Below, piece by piece: positions 48,551 to 57,841 of a stretch of DNA of 64,000 bases (the stretch's first letter is position 1; the number at the start of each line of letters is the position of its first letter). The translations under genes and the position numbers were made by a program. Under the pieces are notes generated by a model. The model was given only the letters and a program-made list of their open reading frames with translations, was not told the DNA's origin and did not search any database. The DNA comes from Acidobacteriota bacterium (lineage in GTDB: Bacteria; Acidobacteriota; Thermoanaerobaculia; Multivoradales; JBCCEF01): NCBI GenBank assembly GCA_039028635.1, contig JBCCHV010000004.1:89385-153384 (forward strand), written 5' to 3'.

Positions 48551-50599
48551 TCAGAGCAATCGAGCGTGGTAGATGCGGTGGTGGTCGTTGGCGTTGATCC
48601 AGAAGATCCTCACTTGCCCCCCGAGGTTGGCCAAAGCCGGTGCGCACGCCGCGTGGTGCGGGTCGCCGTTGATCGGAGCGGGCTGCGACCAGCTCTCGAA
48701 GGGAGAGGAAGAGCGACTGTAGAGGATGCGACTGCCATCGCCGCGCTCCTTCCAGGCAACGAAGACTTCGCCATTCAGCTCGGTGACCGCCGGTGAGAAG
48801 TCCGACGAAGCGCCCGGGATGGTCTTGGGTGCTTGCCAGGTCTGAGTATTCCAGCTCGTGTACCAGAGCTCCCGCGTCGCGCTTTTCGAGTTGCCGAAGA
48901 CCAGGAGCTGAGTTCCGACGGGGATCGCAGCCGGTGTTTTCTCGCTGGCATAGGCGTCACCGATTCGCTGAGGCGTTCCCCAGGAGATGCCGCCATCCTC
49001 GGAGGTCTTGTAGCAGAGGCGGCGCTTGTCCTCATCTTCCACCCACAGCAGGATGCGGCCGGTCTTGATGCCATAGAAGCGGCTGAGAGCCGGTGATTCG
49101 GGCGTGGCGTTGCCTTGAATCTCGGAGTGCTTGCTCCAGGTCCAGCCCTTCATCTGGCTCCAGGTTCCGCGAGCTCCGTAGATTTCCGGCTGGTTCCATT
49201 CGTACCCGCGCCAGACGAGCTGCAGGCCTTCATTGTCGCTGAGCTTGTCCGGGAGCGCCGCCGAGTAGAGGTAGGTCAGGTAGTTGCGCCAGTCGCCTCC
49301 GCCGACGATCTCGGGAGCCTTCCAGGTTTCGCCCTGGTGTCGGCTGCTGAAGTAGATGCCGCCGCGGGCGTGCTCCGCTGTCCACAAGACCATGGACTCG
49401 GGACTCGGGGGGTCGAGATTGGGAGTGCCGTGGAAGTCGAAGGCGACCGGGGTTTGACGCGATTTGGCGTTGGGGTGGAGGGCTCGCCCACGACTGAAGT
49501 CCCCCGACCACAAGCAGCCGGAGTGGGCGTTCACGTGCGCCGCGATGCGGCTGATGTTGGGAGCCAGGAAGATGCGCTTGGTGCCGAAGGATGGGCACAT
49601 GATGATGGCGTCGGGCCCTTGGCAGTGCTCGGTGCCGACGTGCAGGGCGCCGAAGTTGTGCCCCAGCTCGTGAGAGACCAGGGCGACCAAGCCGTTCTGG
49701 CTTCCGAAGGGCAGAGCGGAAAGACCATAGGTCGGTGTCTTGCACACCGTGCCGGTGTCGGCGATGCCGGCGATGTTGCCGTCGAGCTCCTTGCCGCTGA
49801 ACAGATGGGTGAGGGCCCGTTCGGCGGTGATCTGGCCGCCGTAGGCACGCAATTGCCCCAGTAGCGTCGTGTCCTTGGTCGACTTGTAGGGCTGTGCGCT
49901 CGCCGACTTGTGGACGGCGAGGTGGGTGACCACGAGGCGCAGTCCGTGATGGCTTTCGAAGACGGCGCTGACCTCGTTGAGGACGCCCAGAATCTTGGCG
50001 CTCCAGTTGCTCTGATTTCGATTCCAGAACTCGAAGTCGGCCTCGATCGCGATCGGCACCGTAAAGGTCGGATTCATCGCTTCTGTCGGAGGGGTGTTCG
50101 GGACCGGCGAGACTTCGGTCGGATTGCCGCAGCTCGGCTCCGTTGGGTTCGGTGAGGAGATGAGATCCGAATCCCGATACAGCACCAAAAGGCTGTCATC
50201 AAGGCTCTCGCTGAAGGAGGCCGCAGGCTCGAAGAAGGTCGTTTCCCCGGGAGTCGCGATTCGTCCTTGCAAGAAGCCCGGGGCGATGACCAGCTGGACG
50301 CTGCTCTCGGGCTGGTGGGTGAGGTGACCGCGGTAGATGCCGATGCGCTCGAGCTCGCGGGCGGTTTCCACCGAGTCGGCGAGGTCGCCGTCCCAGATCG
50401 CATGAGGCTCGAGGGTGAGCTCGAGCTCGCGGTCTGCGATGCGCAGGACGACCGGTTCTCCTGCCGACAGGGCTCGGCGGAGAGCATCGACCTGCAGGTG
50501 GAACAACGTGAAGTGGGCGAGGTGCGGGGCGAGCGCGTCGCGCAGAGCGGTGGTGGGTTCGACGATATCGGCGGTGACAGGTGTCTGGTTCGTTGTCAT
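48551..50599 (-). CDS. metzincin zinc metalloprotease (reprolysin/M12B-like) fused to BNR/Asp-box-containing C-terminal region
   Basis: HELGHNFGALH zinc site followed by the Met-turn AIIMCP. The C-terminus has Asp-box-like SEDGGISWGT and Trp-rich repeats. GGGAGGAAGAG RBS before the ATG at 50597-50599. No obvious signal peptide. Confidence 0.65.
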   Translation of the reverse strand: MTTNQTPVTADIVEPTTALRDALAPHLAHFTLFHLQVDALRRALSAGEPVVLRIADRELELTLEPHAIWDGDLADSVETARELERIGIYRGHLTHQPESSVQLVIAPGFLQGRIATPGETTFFEPAASFSESLDDSLLVLYRDSDLISSPNPTEPSCGNPTEVSPVPNTPPTEAMNPTFTVPIAIEADFEFWNRNQSNWSAKILGVLNEVSAVFESHHGLRLVVTHLAVHKSASAQPYKSTKDTTLLGQLRAYGGQITAERALTHLFSGKELDGNIAGIADTGTVCKTPTYGLSALPFGSQNGLVALVSHELGHNFGALHVGTEHCQGPDAIIMCPSFGTKRIFLAPNISRIAAHVNAHSGCLWSGDFSRGRALHPNAKSRQTPVAFDFHGTPNLDPPSPESMVLWTAEHARGGIYFSSRHQGETWKAPEIVGGGDWRNYLTYLYSAALPDKLSDNEGLQLVWRGYEWNQPEIYGARGTWSQMKGWTWSKHSEIQGNATPESPALSRFYGIKTGRILLWVEDEDKRRLCYKTSEDGGISWGTPQRIGDAYASEKTPAAIPVGTQLLVFGNSKSATRELWYTSWNTQTWQAPKTIPGASSDFSPAVTELNGEVFVAWKERGDGSRILYSRSSSPFESWSQPAPINGDPHHAACAPALANLGGQVRIFWINANDHHRIYHARLL

Positions 50600-50895
50600 C
50601 TCTTCCTCCCGGAAGGCTTGAGAAGAAGCGACCGCAGGGCGAATACACGCTGGCTGTTCGCCGATCGCAGGGACGCTGGGTCCGTAGCCGGTCGACGCTC
50701 GTTGGGGGAAACCTGCCCCGGATCGCAGATTGGAATCTGCACCGGGTGTGTTCTCGGCGGAGAAACGTTTCAGCAGCTCAGGAGTCGAGCTGCTAGGGCG
50801 GTCCGCCTGTGTCCTACGGGTTGCTGAAGGGGCCATCGGCCGGGGCATCCCTCGATGGAGGTCCCGGCGGCCTCGAGGGGTACCTGCCTCCGGCG

Positions 50896-51285
50896 CTACT
50901 CCCAGGCTTCGGCGCCCTGGACGACCCGCGACTGGATCTGGGCGATCCTTTCGGCATGGGCCTTGATCGACGTGGCGTGGGGGCCTTGCCAGCTCTGGTC
51001 AACGGTTTCCCGGAAGAGCTCGATCCAGCGCCCGAACTGCTCGGCGCGGAAGGGCATCTGCTGCGACAGGACCGAGTGCTTCTGGGTCGGCGAGCCGTGG
51101 AACCCTGGAATGCGCAGCTCGACGGCGCACCAGAAGGCAGTCAGCTTGGTGATGTGCTCGTCCCAGTCGACTCCCGCTTGGTCGACGAAGACGGGGCCGA
51201 GCAGATCGTCCCGCTGGACCCGCTCGTAGAAGGCGCGGACGAAGGTCTCGAGACGTTCGGGGCTGTCGAGATCCGGTCGTGACAT
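50896..51285 (-). CDS. truncated-hemoglobin-like (globin family) protein
   Basis: 129 aa. FYERVQRDDLLGPVF ... LTAFWCAVE ... GSPTQKHSVL ... FGRWIELF resembles group II/III truncated globins. Confidence 0.5.
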   Translation of the reverse strand: MSRPDLDSPERLETFVRAFYERVQRDDLLGPVFVDQAGVDWDEHITKLTAFWCAVELRIPGFHGSPTQKHSVLSQQMPFRAEQFGRWIELFRETVDQSWQGPHATSIKAHAERIAQIQSRVVQGAEAWE

Positions 51286-51298
51286 AGGGTCCTCGCGG

Positions 51299-51482
51299 CT
51301 AGCCCGGCCTTCTCACGAGGTTTCCTGGCGAGAGGCCGTAGGTTCTTGAAGATGCAAGGCATCCGTCGCTGCCACGACGCAGCCGTACTCGATGTACTGC
51401 GAGGAGAGCAGGCGACGGATAACGCAGCAGATTCTGGGACATACGGACGCGCAGCGGAAAGCTCGTGAGAAGGGCGGGCTAG
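51299..51482 (-). mobile_element. MITE-like inverted-repeat element, family B copy 1 (inverted relative to copies 2 and 3)
   Basis: CTAGCCCGGCCTTCTCACGAG ... CTCGTGAGAAGGGCGGGCTAG, a 20-21 bp TIR. About 90% identical to 53481-53663 and 57839-58027. The terminal CTAG supplies the stop of the small membrane ORF. It sits in the promoter of the globin gene. Confidence 0.6.
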
Positions 51483-51862
51483 CTGGAGAGGGATTCGATC
51501 ACGATCGCGACCAGGACGAAGAGGATCGTCAGCAGGCCGCAGCCGTTGATGCCGCCGCCGAGGAAGGCCATCAGCTTCGGTTCTCGGGATGCGGCTCGGA
51601 TGCCATAGGAGGTGCCGAAGCCGAAGGGAATCGCCGACCCGAAGAAGATCAGCAGCACCAGGCCGGCGAGAGGGCCGGCGATCGATCGGTTGTCCGACAG
51701 TATGGCGATTGCGAAGCCGCCGAAAACGCAAATCCCCAGCAGCACCACCCAGGTGATCGATCCCAACAGCATCGACTTGACGCCCAGCGGAGATTCGCCC
51801 CGGGCCGACGAGGGCGGATTCGGAGTTGCCCCCTCGGAAGGAGGATCTGGAGTATTGGTCAT
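51479..51862 (-). CDS. hypothetical small membrane protein
   Basis: 127 aa from MTNTPDPPSEG, with a Pro-rich N-terminus and three hydrophobic helices. The longer ORF extension is non-coding repeat sequence. Confidence 0.45.
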   Translation of the reverse strand: MTNTPDPPSEGATPNPPSSARGESPLGVKSMLLGSITWVVLLGICVFGGFAIAILSDNRSIAGPLAGLVLLIFFGSAIPFGFGTSYGIRAASREPKLMAFLGGGINGCGLLTILFVLVAIVIESLSS

Positions 51863-52167
51863 TCTTTGACCTCGACGACCTCTCGGTGGTTGGGGACCGG
51901 AGCGTTTAGTCCGGGCCTTGTTCTCAACTCTCTCATGGGAAGGCGCAGGCTTGAAGGTTCGGTGGCGGTCAATGCTAGAGTTCAAGGCGGCGGCCGCGCT
52001 GAGCGCCCAACTCCTGCAGGCCTCTCGCCCCGAGGCCTCTCGTCGGAGCAAAGGGGAGCCCGGACTTCTCCAGCGCCAAGTGTCTGACGATCTCTAGGTT
52101 TCAGACCATGAGCTCAGTGGAAGGGGGCGACTTCTGTTGTGCTCATGGGACCAGAGGATGAGATGTC

Positions 52168-53463
52168 ATGACACAGCAGTCAAGCTTCAAAGCTCGTGTG
52201 CGCGCTCGGATGTCTAAGACCGGAGAGCGCTACGCTGCAGCGCGCCTCGCCCTGCTCAAGAACGCCAGCTCCAACGCCGATTCTCCAGCCGCCGAAGCGG
52301 TACCGCCAGGGACCATTCTCACGGACCTCGGGGCCCTGGCGATGGCGCTCCAAGCCGCCGGTATCGTCGACCCTGCCACCGGGGCTCCGTTCTCCGAGAC
52401 TCGCCTCTTCGGACTCTCCGGTGGCCCTGGCTTCATGAGCTTTGTTTTTCAGTACCAGAACGTTGCTCCGATCCTGACCATCACCTGTCGGAGCTTTTCT
52501 CTTCCGGGGCCGGTCGTCGATCGGGCACTGGAGCATGCCGGGATCAACCCGGATCGCTTCGAGAGCGGGAGCACCAGCAAGAGCCGCCGAGCTCTCGACC
52601 AGGTTCTGGAGCAATCTCGCGTCGCCCATCTCGCCGTCGATCAAGCGCGATTGCCGTGGCTCGGGTTGGATCCGATCTGGCAGGGGCAGTGGCCGCGTCA
52701 CGTCAATGTCTCCAAGGTCGGCGACGCCTTTCGAGTTCAGGACCAGGCGCAGTGGACGCTCAGCGAGGAGCAGCTCGCGGCGGCTCGAGCCGGCATCAAA
52801 AAGGCCAAGCATCGAATGCTGTCCTTTGGTGACACCACGGTGGGCGATCCCGTGGCGGCGACGCGCCAAGCGCTCGAGTTCTACGTCAGCAATCAAAGAA
52901 CCGCACCCTACGCCAACTTCAAAAACAACTTCGGGCTCAAGGGCTTGGCCCGTACCGCCCAAGCGATGGGCGACCTGACCACCAAGAAGGGCTGGCTGCG
53001 AACCTTCGACAGCGGACCCTATGCCTTTGCTGCCCTTTGGCGCCTGTGGGAGTGTCTCACCGTGGAGCTGACGGCGCCGGCCGCTGGCCGGCCTCTGTTC
53101 GCGGACTTTCTCGAGCAGGCGAGCGAGCTTCCCGGCTGTCCCGATCTTCGATCGGCCGCTGAGCTGGCGCGGGCCAGCGGCGAGGCGTTCGAAGATCTGG
53201 TCGATCTCGCCGTGGCGGCCGGAGGCGGGCCGCTCGGCCAAGCCATCGAGTGGACCGAGGCCATCGACGAGGCACTGCGCTCCGGTGCTCCCGACACTCC
53301 CGAGACCGTTCGCGAGCTGCGCGCCCGTCGCGCTGCGCTGGCGGCGCAATGCACCCTCGACGAAGCGTCTCGTCGTGAAGTGTTCACCGCCCTTGCCGCT
53401 CAGATGAATCGGATCCTCGATCGCGAGACGGCTCTGGTCGAAGCGCTCGAGCGCAAGCCCTGA
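52168..53463 (+). CDS. hypothetical protein (possibly BtrH_N/DUF4872-like; unverified)
   Basis: 431 aa with good GC3 bias. The family assignment is only a weak recollection. Flanked by inverted family-B repeats. Confidence 0.45.
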   Translation: MTQQSSFKARVRARMSKTGERYAAARLALLKNASSNADSPAAEAVPPGTILTDLGALAMALQAAGIVDPATGAPFSETRLFGLSGGPGFMSFVFQYQNVAPILTITCRSFSLPGPVVDRALEHAGINPDRFESGSTSKSRRALDQVLEQSRVAHLAVDQARLPWLGLDPIWQGQWPRHVNVSKVGDAFRVQDQAQWTLSEEQLAAARAGIKKAKHRMLSFGDTTVGDPVAATRQALEFYVSNQRTAPYANFKNNFGLKGLARTAQAMGDLTTKKGWLRTFDSGPYAFAALWRLWECLTVELTAPAAGRPLFADFLEQASELPGCPDLRSAAELARASGEAFEDLVDLAVAAGGGPLGQAIEWTEAIDEALRSGAPDTPETVRELRARRAALAAQCTLDEASRREVFTALAAQMNRILDRETALVEALERKP

Positions 53464-53480
53464 GGCGTTCCCCGGAGGAT

Positions 53481-53663
53481 TAGCCCGTCCTTCTCACGAG
53501 CTTTCCGCTGCGCGTCCGTATGTCCTCGAATCTGCTGCGTTATCCGTCGTCTGCTCTCCTCGCAGTACGTCGAGTACGGCGGCGTCGTGGCAGCGCCGGA
53601 TGCCTTGCATCTTCAAGAACCTACGGCCTCTCGCGAGGAAACCTCGGGAGAAGGCCGGGTTAG
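53481..53663 (+). mobile_element. MITE-like inverted-repeat element, family B copy 2
   Basis: TAGCCCGTCCTTCTCACGAGC ... ACCTCGGGAGAAGGCCGGGTTAG. Has the internal hairpin CCGTCG..CGACGG. Confidence 0.6.
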
Positions 53664-53775
53664 GAATCCCCGGGGTTCGGGGAAACCCTCACCCGTCGGC
53701 GGCCTTGGCGGCCTTGGCGACCTCGGTGGGTGAGGGCTCTCTCCGCGCCGGGCGCAGGGTCTTTGCTCGCAGCCC

Positions 53776-54324
53776 TTAGTCGTCTGGTTGTCCGACGAGC
53801 AGGGCGGCGAATCCGGGGAAGAAGGCGAAGGCCCAATAGGCGGCGCGGAGAAGGTAGTTGACCGGCTCGGCGGAAGGGTTGGTCCAGATCCCGGAGATCG
53901 CCCAGAACGCCAGGCCCGAGAGGCCGGCGGCGATCGCCCCGCGGGTCAGGGCGCGGCCGCGGCTCTCGCGGCCACCCCGAGCTCGGCGCAGGAGCGTGGC
54001 GAGGGTCAGCCACATGGCGATCCAGGTGATCAGCAGGCCGCCGAGATAGCCCACGACCATCGCGATCGGATAGAAGGCGGCGGCAATCAGCAGGCCGCCG
54101 ATGGGCAGCGTCTTCAGCAGGCTGCGGGTCGCACCGGCGACTCCCGAGGCTCGGCCGAGGACCAGGGCGAGAATCAGGAAGATCAGGACGCCGTGAACGA
54201 TGCCGGGGACCACCGCACCGTCTGGGATGAAGCTCGCCCACAGCCAATCGCCGAAGGACGACACCACGCCGAGGATCAGCGCCGTGACCACTGCCCGAGC
54301 GATTCCTGGACCGAGAGCGCTCAT
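53776..54324 (-). CDS. hypothetical integral membrane protein
   Basis: 182 aa with 5-6 TM helices. Divergent from the kinase gene. Confidence 0.45.
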   Translation of the reverse strand: MSALGPGIARAVVTALILGVVSSFGDWLWASFIPDGAVVPGIVHGVLIFLILALVLGRASGVAGATRSLLKTLPIGGLLIAAAFYPIAMVVGYLGGLLITWIAMWLTLATLLRRARGGRESRGRALTRGAIAAGLSGLAFWAISGIWTNPSAEPVNYLLRAAYWAFAFFPGFAALLVGQPDD

Positions 54325-54558
54325 CGGTTCCTCTCCGTGTGGTCGAGGTCGAGGCAGGGATCAGGCAACCGCGATGGCCTCGGCTTCTACCTGCGGTCGA
54401 ATCTGCGGTCGCAGGCCGCTCTCGGTGACCAAGGCGAGGTGCTGGTGGAGGAGGTGAAGTGCTTCGTCGCTGTTCATCGCTCGAAGTCTATCGCCACCTC
54501 GGCATGCCCTCCCAGGAACGCTAAAACGCGCCATCTCGATGGTACCTTCGTCTCTACC

Positions 54559-57225
54559 GTGAGCTCCGAACCGACCCAGGACCTCGAACAGGAACGCCGA
54601 GTCTTCGCTCTACTCGCCGAGGTCGGCGAGTTGGGTCCGGAGGAGCGGGAGCGTGCTCTCGACGAGTGCGACGATCCGGCCTTGGCGACCGTTGTGCGTC
54701 GGATGCTCTCCGCCCACGGCTCGATCAGCGGCTTCCTCGACACGCCCGCACCGGCGGCTTTTCCGCCGACCTGGGTCGGCAAGTCGATCGGACCCTACGA
54801 GGTCCTCGAGCTGCTCGGCGAAGGCGGCATGGGGATGGTCTTCCGTGCCGCCCAGACCGAGCCGGTGCAGCGCGAAGTGGCGCTCAAGATCTTGCGCCTG
54901 ACCCGGCTCAGTCAAGAGGTGAAGGTTCGCTTTGAGGCCGAACGGCAAGCGATGGCCCGCCTCGACCATCCCAACATCGGTCGCATCCTCGAAGCCGGCA
55001 CGACCGAGAACGGGCTGCCCTACTTCGCGATGGAGTTGATCGATGGGGACAAGATCACCACTTACTGCGATCAGGCCGAGCTGCCCATCGAGGAGCGTCT
55101 GCGGCTCTTCCGCGACGTTTGCCGAGGCACCCACCACGCTCACCTGAAGCTGCTGCTCCACCGCGACATCAAGCCGTCCAATGTTTTGGTGACGGAGTTC
55201 GATGGCAGGCCGATTCCGAAGCTGATCGACTTCGGCATCGCCAAAGGGCTGGACGAGCCACTGGCCGCCGCCACCATGGCGACCGGCGACCGCTTCCTCG
55301 GGACACCGGCCTACATGAGTCCGGAAGCCCTCGAGTCCGGCCGCGACGTCGACGCACGCTCGGACGTCTTCGGCCTCGGCGTTCTGCTTTACCGGCTGCT
55401 CACCGGAACTCTGCCGTGGCCGGCTCCGGAGAACGATCCGCTGCAGATGATGAAGCAGCGGTTGGAGCGCGACGCCGACCGTCCGTCGACCCAAATCACC
55501 AGCCTCGAATCCGATCGCCGTGCCCAGATCGCGAGCCGGCGCAGCCTCGATCCACAGAAGCTGGCGCAGAAGCTGCGCGGCGATCTCGACAGCATCGTGA
55601 TGAAGGCGATCGAGCAGGACCCCGGTCGGCGCTACGCTTCGGCCGCCGAGCTGGCCGATGACATCGAGCGCCACCTGGCCGACGAGCCGATCCGTGCCCG
55701 CCCGCTCACCGGGCGGCTGCTGCTCAGCAAGCTGGTGCGTCGACACCGCACCGTGGTGGTCGCCGCCGTTGCGGTTCTGCTGGCCCTGGTCCTCGGCGCG
55801 GTCGGCACCGTCGCCGGTCTGCTTCAGGCCCGCGAGGCGGAGCGCAGGGCCGTCGCCGAGGCCGAGGCGGCGGTCGACGCCCGCGACCAAGCCGACGAGG
55901 TCTCCCGATTCCTGGTCGGGCTCTTCCGGCGGTCGAGCACCCATTCGCCGAACGCCGACAAAGCACCCGGCGAAACGACCGCCCTCGAGCTGGTTGCCCG
56001 TGGTGCCGAGCTGAGTGAGAAGGACCTCCAGAATCGCCCGGTGGTGCGCGCCCGGATCGCTCACGAGGTGGGCAAGATCTACAAGAACCTGGGAGAGTTT
56101 GACCAAGCGCGCAGCTCTTTCCGGTCGAGCATCGCCACGCAGGAGACCCTCGACCCTCGCCCCTTGACCCTCATCGCGGGCAACTACCTCGAGCTGGCTC
56201 AGATCGAGCACCGGCTCGCCAACTGGACCGAATCGAAAGAGCTGCTGGACCAGACCCTCGCTCTCGTCGCGGATTTGACTTCCTCGCCGGCCATTTCGCT
56301 GCGCGGCAACGCACTGAACCTGCTGAGCCGCCTGCGCCGTGCCGAGGGTGACTACGAAGGCGCCGAACAGGCGATCCAGGAAGCGATCCGGATTTACGAG
56401 CTGCAGGACGACGGAGGCCGAGACATCGCCTGGGGGCGGGCGACCCTGGGCACCGTCTACTTCTCCCGGCAACGCTGGGCCGACGCTGAGAATCAGTGGC
56501 GGCAGGCGATCGAGCTGCTCGAGCCGGTGCTCGACCAGGGAAATCCGATCCTCACCCAGCTCTACAACAACCTGGGCGCCGCCATCGCCAGCCAAGACCG
56601 CCTCGAGGACGCCGCACCGATGTTCGAACGGGCGGAGCACCACCAGCGCGCCCGCCTCGGTGACGAGCATCACGAGCTGGCCGATACGCTGAACAACCTG
56701 GGGGTTTTGAATCAACAGCTCGAGCGCCTCGAGCGCGCCGAGGCCATCCACCGCAAGGCGCTCGCGATCCGCGAACGGGCCCTCGGTGCCGACCACCCGA
56801 AGACCGCCTGGAGTCTCGACAACCTGGCCCGCACGGTCGAAGATCTGGGACGCCCCGACGAGGCCCGCTCGCTGCAAGAGCGCGCCCTGAAGATTCGCGA
56901 GAAGAAGCTGGGCGCGGAGCATCTCGACCTTGCCCGCAGCCTCGGCCACCTTTCCCGGCTGCTGGTGCTGGACGGCGAGCACCGCCTGGCCGTCCGCTAC
57001 GCCGACCGCGCCTATCGCATCCGGGTCACCCAGCTCGACCCGGGCCATCGCGAGATCGGCTTGAGCGCCGTCGATCTCGGCGCAGCCCTTTGGCACCTGG
57101 AGCGGCGCGACGAGGCGCGGCAACGGTTCGAGGAAGCGAGCAAGCTCTTTGCAGCCGGAGGCGAGTCGATGCAAGACGAAATCGCAGAGACGAAGGAGCG
57201 ACTCGCCGCGCTCGGTATTTCTTGA
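54559..57225 (+). CDS. Ser/Thr protein kinase with C-terminal TPR repeats
   Basis: Hanks kinase motifs GEGGMGMVF, VALK, HRDIKPSNVLV, DFGIAK and GTPAYMSPE. A TM helix follows the kinase domain, then about 450 aa of TPR_10/12-type repeats. The start (GTG 54559) is uncertain. Confidence 0.8.
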   Translation: MSSEPTQDLEQERRVFALLAEVGELGPEERERALDECDDPALATVVRRMLSAHGSISGFLDTPAPAAFPPTWVGKSIGPYEVLELLGEGGMGMVFRAAQTEPVQREVALKILRLTRLSQEVKVRFEAERQAMARLDHPNIGRILEAGTTENGLPYFAMELIDGDKITTYCDQAELPIEERLRLFRDVCRGTHHAHLKLLLHRDIKPSNVLVTEFDGRPIPKLIDFGIAKGLDEPLAAATMATGDRFLGTPAYMSPEALESGRDVDARSDVFGLGVLLYRLLTGTLPWPAPENDPLQMMKQRLERDADRPSTQITSLESDRRAQIASRRSLDPQKLAQKLRGDLDSIVMKAIEQDPGRRYASAAELADDIERHLADEPIRARPLTGRLLLSKLVRRHRTVVVAAVAVLLALVLGAVGTVAGLLQAREAERRAVAEAEAAVDARDQADEVSRFLVGLFRRSSTHSPNADKAPGETTALELVARGAELSEKDLQNRPVVRARIAHEVGKIYKNLGEFDQARSSFRSSIATQETLDPRPLTLIAGNYLELAQIEHRLANWTESKELLDQTLALVADLTSSPAISLRGNALNLLSRLRRAEGDYEGAEQAIQEAIRIYELQDDGGRDIAWGRATLGTVYFSRQRWADAENQWRQAIELLEPVLDQGNPILTQLYNNLGAAIASQDRLEDAAPMFERAEHHQRARLGDEHHELADTLNNLGVLNQQLERLERAEAIHRKALAIRERALGADHPKTAWSLDNLARTVEDLGRPDEARSLQERALKIREKKLGAEHLDLARSLGHLSRLLVLDGEHRLAVRYADRAYRIRVTQLDPGHREIGLSAVDLGAALWHLERRDEARQRFEEASKLFAAGGESMQDEIAETKERLAALGIS

Positions 57226-57247
57226 TCGCTGCTATTCTCGCCGCTCG

Positions 57248-57841
57248 ATGGCTGACGAAACTCCCGATCTACCGGAGGTTACCGAGCTGCTCTCGCGCTG
57301 GCGGGTCGGTGAAGAAACCGATCTCGAGGCCATGGTCCCGCAGATCTACGACGAGCTGCGCAGCCTGGCCAATCGCTACATTCGGCGCGGCGGCTCTGCC
57401 CAGACACTGCAACCCACGGAGCTGGTGAACGAGGCCTTCGTGCGACTGATGGGCTCGACGGTGAGCACCAATGATCGTCTGCATTTCCTGGCCCTCACTG
57501 CCCGCGTCATGCGCAGCGTCCTGGTCGACCGTTTCCGCCGGCGCGACGCGGCGAAGCGCGGCAGCAATCCGACGCCGGTGACGCTGGCTTCCAGCTTCGC
57601 CGAGCGGCAGCAGAGCTCGATCGACCTCCTCGATCTCCACCGCGCTCTGGAGCGCTTCGGCTCGGTCTCGCCACGAGCCGCGCAGATCGTCGAGCTGCGC
57701 TTCTTCGCCGGCTTGACCAATGAGGAAGTCGCAGAAGTCCTGGGGGTCTCGCTGGCCACCGTGGCTCGGGAATGGCGGGCCGCCCGGGTTTGGCTGGCCA
57801 ACGCCCTCGAGACGCCGCCGGGAGCGTCGTTACGACAGTAG
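57248..57841 (+). CDS. ECF-type sigma factor, TIGR02999-like (kinase-associated subgroup)
   Basis: N-terminal VTELLSRWRVGEETDLEAMVPQIYDELRSLANRYIRR...TLQPTELVNEAFVRL is diagnostic of the Sig-70_X6 family. Region 4 IVELRFFAGLTNEEVAEVLGVSLATVAREW. Lies 23 nt downstream of the kinase. Confidence 0.8.
   Translation: MADETPDLPEVTELLSRWRVGEETDLEAMVPQIYDELRSLANRYIRRGGSAQTLQPTELVNEAFVRLMGSTVSTNDRLHFLALTARVMRSVLVDRFRRRDAAKRGSNPTPVTLASSFAERQQSSIDLLDLHRALERFGSVSPRAAQIVELRFFAGLTNEEVAEVLGVSLATVAREWRAARVWLANALETPPGASLRQ

Noticed and set aside
48342-48647. 101-aa minus-strand ORF in the intergenic region between 47123-48292 and the metzincin gene
   Set aside because: No RBS or homology. It overlaps the hairpin/terminator region. 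It ends with a 10-codon mini-ORF (MKTNDDITKF) that could be real, but this is unsupported.
51141-51731. ORFs reading MPCIFKNLRPLARKPREK... (also 57964-58797)
   Set aside because: The shared peptide arises only because both ORFs read through copies of the family-B repeat. No coding signal (RBS, GC3 periodicity) is seen inside the repeat.
54610-57174. 854-aa minus-strand ORF
   Set aside because: It is antisense to the Ser/Thr kinase-TPR gene, whose Hanks motifs are unambiguous.
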